Shown one piece after another: positions 1 to 12,238 of a DNA stretch of 32,000 bases (position 1 is its first letter; each line of letters begins with the position of its first letter). A model generated the notes under the pieces. It was given only the letters and a program-made list of their open reading frames with translations. It was not told where the DNA came from and did not search any database. The position numbers and the translations under genes are program-made. This stretch comes from Blochmannia endosymbiont of Camponotus modoc (GTDB lineage: Bacteria > Pseudomonadota > Gammaproteobacteria > Enterobacterales > Enterobacteriaceae): the NCBI RefSeq assembly GCF_023585785.1, contig NZ_CP097765.1:690001-722000 (forward strand). The letters are read 5' to 3'.

Positions 1-1204
<1,204 letters not shown>

Positions 1205-1320
1205 CTTTATCAAAATAATATGAGCAAAAGCGCCCACATCAATTATCTAACATTATTTTATGATAATTGAAATATTTATAAAATTCCAAGATTAATTTTT
1301 TGTGTTGTTACTAGAACTCA

Positions 1321-1393
1321 GTCCCCTTCGTCTAGAGGTCTAGGACACTGCCCTTTCACGGCGGCAACAGGGGTTCGAAGCCCCTAGGGGACA
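1321..1393 (+). tRNA. gltW: tRNA-Glu (anticodon UUC) in the 16S-23S spacer; no encoded CCA
   Basis: Nearly identical to E. coli tRNA-Glu: GTCCCCTTCGTCTAGAGG...CCCTTTCACGGCGG...GGGGTTCGAAGCCCCTAGGGGAC plus discriminator A. The 7-bp acceptor stem is GTCCCCT/AGGGGAC and the anticodon loop is CTTTCAC. Confidence 0.95.
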
Positions 1394-1456
1394 TAGGGGA
1401 CATTATAGGTTTTCATAATAAGTGAGGGTTTTTATAAATAAAAAATTTAGTATTTT

Positions 1457-1469
1457 TGTTCTTTAACAA
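1457..1469 (+). promoter_or_regulatory. Spacer boxA-like antitermination element (TGTTCTTTAACAA)
   Basis: One mismatch from the E. coli rrn boxA TGCTCTTTAACAA. It sits in the expected place between the spacer tRNA and the 23S gene. Confidence 0.6.
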
Positions 1470-1702
1470 TAAGGGAAAAGCTTAAAATTAAAAAATATTA
1501 GTATAAATAATAATTACTATTTCCGATTATTTATAAATGTAGGTTACATTATTTTTTTATTTATTTAAAAGTCGGATGCGATAGTAATTGCTGTAATTAT
1601 TGCATTACAAAGCGATATATATATATTGTACTAATTAAACTCTAAAAGTATAATTAAAGTATTTATATATCAAGTATGTTTAGTGTCTTAATAAGATTTA
1701 TA

Positions 1703-1720
1703 GAAATTTCAGGATTGCGA

Positions 1721-1727
<7 letters not shown>
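1703..1727 (+). repeat. 5' arm of the 23S processing stem (pairs perfectly with 4692-4716)
   Basis: GAAATTTCAGGATTGCGAAGTTAAG is the exact reverse complement of CTTAACTTCGCAATCCTGAAATTTC at 4692-4716. This 25-bp perfect helix encloses the mature 23S ends, the classic RNase III substrate geometry. Confidence 0.85.
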
Positions 1728-4691
<2,964 letters not shown>

Positions 4692-4699
<8 letters not shown>

Positions 4700-4716
4700 C
4701 GCAATCCTGAAATTTC
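4692..4716 (+). repeat. 3' arm of the 23S processing stem (pairs with 1703-1727)
   Basis: Exact 25-nt reverse complement of 1703-1727. Confidence 0.85.
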
Positions 4717-4778
4717 CAAACAATTAACGATTGCAATACAAAATAGAGAAAACAGAATACGCAAGTTACATTTAATTT

Positions 4779-6155
4779 TTATAAAATACGATTAATTAGT
4801 CGATCAAATCTAATTTTATGTATTCTATAAAGTAATTGTCCTATTTTTGTAGGATAATCAGATATATGTTGTAATGATGTATAATGCGCTATATAACTCG
4901 TATGCATACGAATCATATTTAATTCTTTATTTCTTTGATGAAATAACAATTTACATGGGTCATGAACAAGTAAAGCATTCTCTAAATCAAATCTTACAGA
5001 TCTAGGATTTAAATTATTTCCAGTAATCAACTGCCATTCATCATCTACCCAAATACCCTTAACATGATACCCGTTATTACCTTCTTTCCACATCCGTACT
5101 AATAATCGTTTATTATCAACATATTTTTGCAACTTTTTTAAAAAATAACGTAAATTTAATTCATATAAATATGGTAAAGTACTAATTAGTGTGAATGGCT
5201 GATGTACAGGCACATAGAAATCATTAGCAATTTTATCTCCCACAATAATTTCTATATTTATTCCTTGACGTAACAAAGAAATCAAGGCACGTATTAATAC
5301 AGTAGGCATATTAAAATAAGGTGTACACAATACAACTTGATTTCTTGCAGAATAAATTAAATGATAAATAGTTTTATTAAGAGCACTATTTTTACCTAAA
5401 CCAACTAATGGTGAAATTGCTAATTCATTAAATGTAGCGTTACCTTGATAACGATAACAAACTCTTCGTAAATTACGACGCAACAAACGAATATTATTCT
5501 TACTGTTTTTTAGTTTTTTTAAAGAATTTCCATATCCCAAATTGTTAGTCACTTTTGCAGACAATAATTCTCTATCAATATAATTCAACATAACATCAGA
5601 TAATTGCGGATTACGTATTATATGATATCGATCGTATCTATATTTAGTATTTATATGTAAATACTCATCATTTAAATTAGCACCACTATACAATATCTGA
5701 TCGTCGATAATAAATCCTTTTAAATGAAGGACTCCTAAAGCTTCATTTACATGGATTGGTATTCCGCATATTGCAATCTCAGTGTTAGGATACTGTTTTA
5801 TAATATCTGTATACCAATCAATATTTGTATATTTTTTAGAAGAACCGATACGGACTCTTCGTGCACGATGCCAATCCACTAAAATTCTAATTTTAATTTG
5901 AGGACGAAGTTTTTTAACATGAAGTAAAGCATCGATAATTTTTTTACCACCTTGATCATCATCTAGATACAATGTAACTAAACAAATATGATTGTTTGCC
6001 CTAGAAATAGCATGCAATAATGCGGTTCTAAATTCTTTAGGGCTGAATAAAATCTTAAAATAATCTACTTTTTGAATAATTTTAGGCAATTCTCTAAGAA
6101 ATCTTTGATGATCATCATATTTATTCAATTCATTATATTTTCTTTTTTTTATCAT
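4779..6155 (-). CDS. pssA: CDP-diacylglycerol--serine O-phosphatidyltransferase (phosphatidylserine synthase)
   Basis: The 458-aa ORF is colinear with E. coli PssA over its full length. Both HKD motifs are present (HLKGFIIDD, HVKGIWVDD). The C-terminus RFDRLINRIL matches E. coli RIDRLISRIL. It is convergent with the rrn operon, as in E. coli rrnG-pssA. Confidence 0.95.
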   Translation of the reverse strand: MIKKRKYNELNKYDDHQRFLRELPKIIQKVDYFKILFSPKEFRTALLHAISRANNHICLVTLYLDDDQGGKKIIDALLHVKKLRPQIKIRILVDWHRARRVRIGSSKKYTNIDWYTDIIKQYPNTEIAICGIPIHVNEALGVLHLKGFIIDDQILYSGANLNDEYLHINTKYRYDRYHIIRNPQLSDVMLNYIDRELLSAKVTNNLGYGNSLKKLKNSKNNIRLLRRNLRRVCYRYQGNATFNELAISPLVGLGKNSALNKTIYHLIYSARNQVVLCTPYFNMPTVLIRALISLLRQGINIEIIVGDKIANDFYVPVHQPFTLISTLPYLYELNLRYFLKKLQKYVDNKRLLVRMWKEGNNGYHVKGIWVDDEWQLITGNNLNPRSVRFDLENALLVHDPCKLLFHQRNKELNMIRMHTSYIAHYTSLQHISDYPTKIGQLLYRIHKIRFDRLINRIL

Positions 6156-6637
6156 AACAAATAAAAATATCTTGTCTTAATTTTAGAAGATACATTACAA
6201 AATATAATAATCATACATAATACGAATAATTCAATAAATCAACTCGAATATCATATGCGCATAGAAAGAAAGTGAATGCCATAATATCTAAAATTTTTTA
6301 AAAATCCTTTTTATAAAAACTGAATTATTACGAATGATGCTAATATTTTATTATTCACAATATACACATTAAATACATACTTCATCTAGATGAAAACTTT
6401 AATAATACAGTACACCATAATATTTCTTAAATAAATCAATTATAAAATAATAGTAAACCGTAATAAATTTCAATAGAAAACTATATATGAAGTATATCGT
6501 ATGTATTACAAACAATAAATAAGTTAAATACGCTATTTATAATTAAACATTATTAAACATAATAAATATACCTGAAAAATATCCTATACATATCTTCAAA
6601 AACACAATAAATTAGTAAATTACTTCTTTAAAAAAAA

Positions 6638-6967
6638 TTAGTGTTCTATCGTGTTAGAAAACATATTAATTAATACAACACCAATAATAATTAAAGCAAT
6701 ACCAATAACAGCTAAACTATCCAATTTTTGATCATAAAATACATATCCTGCTGCAGTAATAAACACAATGCCAAGTCCAGCCCAACAGGAATATGCAATA
6801 CCCATCGGTATTGTTTGCAATACTAGAGATAACAATACAAAAGAGAGTGTATAACCAATTACTACTACAATAGCAGGATATAATTTACTAAATCCTTCAG
6901 ATGCTTTTAAGTAAGAGGTAGCAATAACCTCGGAAAGAATAGCAATAAATAAATATAAATAATCCAT
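6638..6967 (-). CDS. Small multidrug resistance (SMR) family transporter, EmrE/QacE (Qac) subtype
   Basis: The 109-aa ORF has four hydrophobic segments. SEVIATSYLKASEGFSKLYP compares with QacE [20 protein letters not shown] and EmrE AEVIGTTLMKFSEGFTRLWP. Equivalents of the essential Glu14 and of the YxxW motif (IAYSCWAGLG) are retained. Confidence 0.85.
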   Translation of the reverse strand: MDYLYLFIAILSEVIATSYLKASEGFSKLYPAIVVVIGYTLSFVLLSLVLQTIPMGIAYSCWAGLGIVFITAAGYVFYDQKLDSLAVIGIALIIIGVVLINMFSNTIEH

Positions 6968-7035
6968 AATATTTTATTCTTCATTCTTTAAAACTTTTTA
7001 ATTGCATACAATAGATATTCTTGTATTGAATAAAA

Positions 7036-7070
7036 TTCTTTTATGAAAAAATCTTTTCTTTTATGAAAAA
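7036..7070. repeat. Tandem direct repeat, 15-bp core TTCTTTTATGAAAAA twice at a 20-bp period
   Basis: Identical 15-mers at 7036-7050 and 7056-7070, about 70-100 bp upstream of the SMR gene start (minus strand). Confidence 0.8.
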
Positions 7071-7268
7071 GAATAAACGAGAAATAAACATGATCTCATT
7101 AGAGAAATTTTTGAGTGGTGATCAAATAAAATAGAATTTTTATTGATCTAATAAATAAGCTATAACCAAAACTTCAAACCATTCCAAAACATAAAAACCC
7201 CTGTAAATTTCATCATCCTGCATCATTCAATTTTTTTCTATTTTCTATTTTATTTGATCTTTAAATCA

Positions 7269-7660
7269 TGGTGGAGCTGGCGGGACTCGAACCCGCGTCC
7301 AGAATTCTTTTTATTCTTAGTAACCTACATGCTTAGGTCTTGAATTACATTTAATTGGTGTAGATATATCAAGACCAATCACTAACCAACTAACTTTTTA
7401 GTTACTTAACGCTCAGCCAAAAGCAAGCATTTACGCGCACTCTTATTTATATGACCTCTCTATTTATTTTAATATCTAAGAGTAAATATTGAAATGAGAG
7501 GGAATCTTCAGAAGTTTAATCTGATTTAAGCTGCTAAAGCAACAGATTCTTTATATGTAGTATTATTTGCATTTATTTTTTGAGGCTTTTTACGAGGCCT
7601 GCCTCACCTCGGCATGCACTTTAAATAATAAGATACTCCGTCGAATCCAAAATCAGCCCC
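7269..7660 (-). ncRNA. ssrA: tmRNA (SsrA), about 392 nt, encoded tag ANNTTYKESVALAA
   Basis: The minus-strand 5' end GGGGCTGATTTTGGATTCGACGG and 3' end GGACGCGGGTTCGAGTCCCGCCAGCTCCACCA match the E. coli tmRNA termini. The tag reading frame GCA AAT AAT ACT ACA TAT AAA GAA TCT GTT GCT TTA GCA GCT TAA lies at 7526-7570 (minus). It sits directly downstream of smpB, as in E. coli. Confidence 0.93.
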
Positions 7661-7678
7661 ATTCTAACATTGAAAGCG

Positions 7679-7707
7679 ATTATATCATCGAAATATTATA
7701 TATGCAA
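7679..7707 (-). promoter_or_regulatory. Putative sigma70 promoter of ssrA (TTGCAT-17 nt-TATAAT)
   Basis: On the minus strand, TTGCAT is at 7707-7702 and TATAAT at 7684-7679, with a 17-nt spacer. The site lies in the 55-bp smpB-ssrA gap, 18 nt upstream of the mature tmRNA 5' end, consistent with a short RNase P-processed leader. Confidence 0.5.
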
Positions 7708-7715
7708 AACAATTA

Positions 7716-8180
7716 TTATTTCATATATTTTAAGATACGTATTTTTTCTTTCTTCCATTTATGCATATGTATTATATTTCTTTTGTCGTATTTTTTCTTA
7801 CCTTTAGCAATTCCGATGTTCACTTTAATCCAAGAATTTTTCCAATACAAATCCAAAATAATTGCAGTATAACCTTTTTGATTAATTTTTTCCATTAAAA
7901 ATGATAATTCATTTTTTTTTAATAACAACTTACGCACACGAACGGAATTGTGAGTTTCATTATAAAGTTGAGTTACATTTGATTGAAATATAGAATTACA
8001 AATATACGCTTCCTTGTTATAAAAAGATACGTAACTATTATTAATAGTTACCATATTAGAACGCGCAGATTTTACTTCCCATCCTAATAATGAAATTCCA
8101 GATTCAATTTTTTTTTCAATAAAATATTCATGATATGCATGTTTATTTTGCGTAATTTTCTTTAAAATTAACTGATTCAT
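7716..8180 (-). CDS. smpB: SsrA-binding protein SmpB
   Basis: The 154-aa ORF aligns with E. coli SmpB: [91 protein letters not shown]. Confidence 0.95.
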   Translation of the reverse strand: [154 protein letters not shown]

Positions 8181-8272
8181 AATAATTTTTTTTAAAATAT
8201 TATTTTTTTATTACTAAAAACCATTATATTAATATGCATGTAATATTCAAACCCATTCAAAACAGGATTGAT

Positions 8273-8719
8273 ATGGCTTACATCAAATATTTTGTCTCAG
8301 TACCGTATAGTGTAGAGCAAATGTTTAATTTGGTAAATGATATTAACTCTTATACTAAATTTCTTCCTGGATGCAATGTAAGTAAAATTTTAGAACAAAA
8401 TAATAACGAATTAATTGCTGAAATGAATATAGTTTCTAATGGAATCGTTAGGTCATTGGTTACTCATAATTTTTTTATAAACAATAAAAGTATCTCAATG
8501 CTTTTAGTAAGAGGACCATTCAAATCATTTTATGGATATTGGGAATTTATTCCTATTACTTCTGCTGTCAGTAGAATTGAATATTTTTCTCATTATGAAT
8601 TTAAATCAATATTTATCGAAAAAATTTTTAATCATATTTTTAAAACTAAATATAAAAACATAATTACAGCATTCATTTCCAGAGCTCATATAATATACGG
8701 TACATATCACGCGTTATAA
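8273..8719 (+). CDS. ratA: SRPBCC/START-domain protein RatA (YfjG/PasT family)
   Basis: VPYSVEQMFNLVNDINSYTKFLPGC compares with E. coli RatA VPYSAEQMYQLVNDVQSYPQFLPGC. The ORF opens at 8234, but the Met at 8273 (MAYIKY) aligns with the E. coli N-terminus and has AGGA 5 nt upstream. The exact start is uncertain. Confidence 0.85.
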   Translation: MAYIKYFVSVPYSVEQMFNLVNDINSYTKFLPGCNVSKILEQNNNELIAEMNIVSNGIVRSLVTHNFFINNKSISMLLVRGPFKSFYGYWEFIPITSAVSRIEYFSHYEFKSIFIEKIFNHIFKTKYKNIITAFISRAHIIYGTYHAL

Positions 8720-8742
8720 CATAAAAACACGTAGGGGTATTA

Positions 8743-9081
8743 TTATCTTTTGTTCATAGTTACCAAAGTATCATGAGCATCAAATTTTAACATTAAAATT
8801 TGATGCTCCGATATTTTATTGCCACTACGATAATAAAAAATATAATACCATATATTTGGGTTTAAAAAACCTTCTAATGTCGGATCTCCGATATTAGAAG
8901 ATATTTCCAGTTTTGTCATTCCAAGACGAATCTTTTTAATATCATATTCATTTAAATAATTGCCTTGTTGAATATCAGAAGATCGAGGCATATATTGCAG
9001 CATAGTACAACTCACGCTACATACCAGCATTGTAAAAAAAATACTGGTATGTAACATTCTAAAAAATACTTTCAAATACAT
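8743..9081 (-). CDS. bamE: Outer membrane protein assembly factor BamE (SmpA)
   Basis: SDIQQGNYLNEYDIKKIRLGMTK compares with E. coli BamE [23 protein letters not shown]. It has a hydrophobic N-terminus with Cys residues (lipoprotein-like). The syntenic position is between ratA and nadK. Confidence 0.85.
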   Translation of the reverse strand: MYLKVFFRMLHTSIFFTMLVCSVSCTMLQYMPRSSDIQQGNYLNEYDIKKIRLGMTKLEISSNIGDPTLEGFLNPNIWYYIFYYRSGNKISEHQILMLKFDAHDTLVTMNKR

Positions 9082-9186
9082 AATTTTCTGATCAATCTAT
9101 TTTTCAAATACAATATAAAATATATACTCATACAATTATTGTTTAATTACACCTATGATCTTTTTGTTGTAATTACCAATACGATA

Positions 9187-10080
9187 TTATTTTTTCATTT
9201 CAGCAATATTTTGTGACCAACCAAGCTTAATATTTAACGTCTTAAAATAGTTATAATTATTAGGATGAATCAAATCAAGATAATGATTACTACGTTGAAT
9301 AAAGATTTCTTCTTCTTTGCATACTAAAACAGGAGTGTGATTATCATAACCTATTTTCAATTCAGATGTTATTTTAGAAAATTTCAGGCAAATCATACTT
9401 TTACTATTAATCACAACTGGCCGAGATGACAAAGTATGAGGGCATATTGGTACTAATAAAATAGCATCTACTGTAGGACTAAGAATAGGTCCTCCAGCAG
9501 ATAAAGCATATGCGGTTGATCCAGTTGGAGTAGAAATAATTAAACCATCAGATCTCTGTGAAAAAATAAAATCATCATCAATATATAACTCAAATTCAAT
9601 CATATGTCTAATTGTATTTGTATGTAAAATAACTTCATTAATAGCACTACCTAATCTGATTAGATTATTATAGCGTTGTACTGTTACATCTAATAAAAAA
9701 CGTTTTTCGTTAATAAAATGACCTGATAAAACATCAGATAACTCCACTAGTGCTGAATTGGGATCTAAATCAGTAAGAAAACCAAGAGTTCCACGATTGA
9801 TCCCAATAACTTTAATATCGTGCTGTGCTAGAATATTCGCAGCTCTTAACATATTGCCATCTCCACCTATAACTATAGCTAAATCTGCGTAATTTCCTAT
9901 ATCATTTAAATCACCTACAACTGCTTTTTGTACATTTAATAAACTAGCAGCATGATGTTCGATGATGACTGTAATCCCTTTACTATATAACCAATGATAT
10001 AAAATATCATATGTATGTACAGCTTTCGGATAACGAGAATACCCGATAATACCAATAGTACGAAAAATAGAAGAAGTCAT
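9187..10080 (-). CDS. nadK: NAD kinase
   Basis: The 297-aa ORF carries the GGDGNML, NRGTLGFLTD and DGLIISTPTGSTAYALSAGGPIL motifs. It is divergent from grpE, as in E. coli. Confidence 0.93.
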   Translation of the reverse strand: MTSSIFRTIGIIGYSRYPKAVHTYDILYHWLYSKGITVIIEHHAASLLNVQKAVVGDLNDIGNYADLAIVIGGDGNMLRAANILAQHDIKVIGINRGTLGFLTDLDPNSALVELSDVLSGHFINEKRFLLDVTVQRYNNLIRLGSAINEVILHTNTIRHMIEFELYIDDDFIFSQRSDGLIISTPTGSTAYALSAGGPILSPTVDAILLVPICPHTLSSRPVVINSKSMICLKFSKITSELKIGYDNHTPVLVCKEEEIFIQRSNHYLDLIHPNNYNYFKTLNIKLGWSQNIAEMKK

Positions 10081-10136
10081 ATTATTATTGAATCCTTTCT
10101 GTTTTTGTTATAACTTTATTCATAATAAATTGATGT

Positions 10137-10165
10137 CTTGAATACCTGTTATTCATCCTTATAAT
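10137..10165 (+). promoter_or_regulatory. Putative grpE promoter readable as sigma32-type (CTTGAA-14 nt-CCTTATAAT) or sigma70-type (TTGAAT-16 nt-TATAAT)
   Basis: CTTGAA is at 10137-10142 and CCTTATAAT at 10157-10165. The overlapping TTGAAT is at 10138-10143 and TATAAT at 10160-10165. The site is about 45 bp upstream of the grpE ATG, which has a strong GGAGG SD. E. coli grpE is a sigma32 regulon member. Confidence 0.4.
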
Positions 10166-10210
10166 AACTGAATTATAAAACATATAATCAGTAAACGGAG
10201 GAGAAAATTC

Positions 10211-10798
10211 ATGATAGATGATAATGTAAAAAACAATATCGATGAAAGTACATTACAGAATGAAAAAATAGAAAAAGAGGAACTGTTAGAATCTGTTTCG
10301 ACAGTAGATAATGTTATTGATCCTAAAAATGATCAAATCATTAAATTACAAATAAAATTAGCACAACTTCAAGAACACGAACGTAATACGGTATTACGTC
10401 TTACAGCTGAAATAGAAAACATCCGTCGGCGTAACACCCAAGAAATAGAAAAAATCCACAAATTTGGATTAGAACGATTTATCTTTGAATTATTACCAGT
10501 AATTGATAATTTAGAACGTACAATGAATATTTCAGATAATTCTAATACTTTATTATCTGCTATAATAGAAGGTATTGAATTAACATTAAAATCTTTTTTA
10601 GACACTGTGCACAAGTTTGGATTAAAATCTATATATGAAATTAACGTGCCATTTAATCCTGAAATACATCAAGCAATATCTATAATAGAATCTGAAGACC
10701 ATAAACCAAATCAAGTATTAACAATGATTCAAAAAGGATACATTTTGAATGGAAGATTAATTCGACCTGCTATGGTCACAGTATCACAATCCAAATGA
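10211..10798 (+). CDS. grpE: Nucleotide exchange factor GrpE
   Basis: The 195-aa ORF has the GrpE-typical RLTAEIENIRRR and VIDNLERT segments and the C-terminus GYILNGRLIRPAMVTVS (E. coli GYTLNGRTIRAAMVTVA). Confidence 0.93.
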   Translation: MIDDNVKNNIDESTLQNEKIEKEELLESVSTVDNVIDPKNDQIIKLQIKLAQLQEHERNTVLRLTAEIENIRRRNTQEIEKIHKFGLERFIFELLPVIDNLERTMNISDNSNTLLSAIIEGIELTLKSFLDTVHKFGLKSIYEINVPFNPEIHQAISIIESEDHKPNQVLTMIQKGYILNGRLIRPAMVTVSQSK

Positions 10799-11046
10799 CG
10801 GACTATTATGTTTTTTAAAATGTTATAAATAAAAAACAGTACTCATTGTATATTTACAAGTTTCATGTACCTTTTCATGAAATAACAACGTGTTGTATTT
10901 TTTTTATCTAATTAATATGATCATACTTCACATAAAATTTTCCATAAATAATATAATTATATTTATTCAATTAATTTAAATTAAAATTTAATAATTGAAT
11001 TCATTAAATATACAGATTTTTTTTAAAAATATTATAAATTATTAAT

Positions 11047-11086
11047 ATATCATTGTTGATTTATTACAATAAATCAACAATGATAT
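11047..11086. terminator. 40-bp near-perfect palindrome (19-bp stem) between convergent grpE and ung; possible bidirectional terminator
   Basis: In ATATCATTGTTGATTTATTACAATAAATCAACAATGATAT, positions 1-19 pair perfectly with 22-40 (checked base by base). There are no flanking A/T runs typical of intrinsic terminators, so the function is uncertain. Confidence 0.4.
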
Positions 11087-11167
11087 CAAAAGTACAAAAG
11101 ATAAAACAACTAAATTTACATGAAAAGAAGTTATCTTCCATAACATATTTTTAACTTATATTAGTTT

Positions 11168-11848
11168 TTAGTTAACTATTTTAGGTTGCCAATTAATAAT
11201 CTGTTTATTTTGTTGCATTAATAATATATTAACCTTATAAAAATGATGACATCCTAAAAATCCACGTCGAGCTGATATAGGTGAAGGATGTGACGCAGTT
11301 AAAACATAATGTTTTTTATGGTTAATGATGTTACCTTTTTTTTGAGCATACTTTCCCCATAGTAAAAATATAATTTTTTCCTTATACGTGTTCAGCATAC
11401 ATATTATTTTGTCTGTAAATCGTTCCCATCCAATATCAGCATGAGAACAACTTCTTCCTTCCTCAACAGTTAAAATACTATTAAGCAGTAACACCCCTTC
11501 TTGCGCCCAACTCTGCAAACAACCGTGTTCTGGTATTATAAAATTGGGCATATCAGATACAAGCTCTTTATAAATATTCCTTAAAGAGGGAGGAGGCAAA
11601 ACACCAGGCAATACAGAAAAGGCAAATCCATGTGCTTGATTAGGTCCGTGATAAGGATCCTGACCTATGATAACAACTTTTATAGATTCAAAACTAGTAA
11701 AACGAAATGCGTTAAAAACATCCTTTTTTTTAGGATAAATCGTAATACCTTTTTTTTTACGTTCCTCTATGGTAAACAATATATTCTGAAAGTACGGCAA
11801 TGTTTTTTCTTTTGATAACAAACACTGCCAAGTTAATTCTTGAGACAT
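11168..11848 (-). CDS. ung: Uracil-DNA glycosylase
   Basis: The 226-aa ORF carries GQDPYHG (catalytic Asp loop), the LLLNSILTV block and HPSPIS (catalytic His loop). Confidence 0.93.
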   Translation of the reverse strand: MSQELTWQCLLSKEKTLPYFQNILFTIEERKKKGITIYPKKKDVFNAFRFTSFESIKVVIIGQDPYHGPNQAHGFAFSVLPGVLPPPSLRNIYKELVSDMPNFIIPEHGCLQSWAQEGVLLLNSILTVEEGRSCSHADIGWERFTDKIICMLNTYKEKIIFLLWGKYAQKKGNIINHKKHYVLTASHPSPISARRGFLGCHHFYKVNILLMQQNKQIINWQPKIVN

Positions 11849-12238
11849 AGTCTATTTCCGTATTATTATTATGTAATCGTACAAATAAAATTTTCGCTTA
11901 TCATTGATGTTTTTCATTTATCACTAAAAAATTTACGTATTTAAATACATATAATTTATTTGTAATTTTTTAATTTTAGCACTAAAAATTATAATAAACA
12001 GTTAATATCGAAAATTATAATAAATTTTTTACCATACTATATTATATAGTCTAATAATGAAGTATATCCAATGTCTGAATAGGTAACTGCACATACTTGC
12101 GAATAATTTTTCAAAACATCGTAAATATTCTTATACAATCATTTTCATATACATCTATAATATCTTATTATTACACTAATTAATCGCTATTTTTATACTA
12201 ACTATATTTATTTTGTTTGCATTCGACTAATATTAATC

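Noticed and set aside
7036-7070. 20-bp tandem repeat, considered as a mini-CRISPR or a mobile-element end
   Set aside because: It has only two units, no spacer-repeat architecture, no nearby cas or transposase genes and no terminal inverted repeats. It is a simple tandem duplication in a promoter-proximal spacer.
7567-7872. 101-aa plus-strand ORF spanning the ssrA 5' region and the smpB 3' end
   Set aside because: It overlaps the tmRNA gene and runs antisense to a well-supported smpB. The peptide is low-complexity and hydrophobic, as expected from AT-rich sequence.
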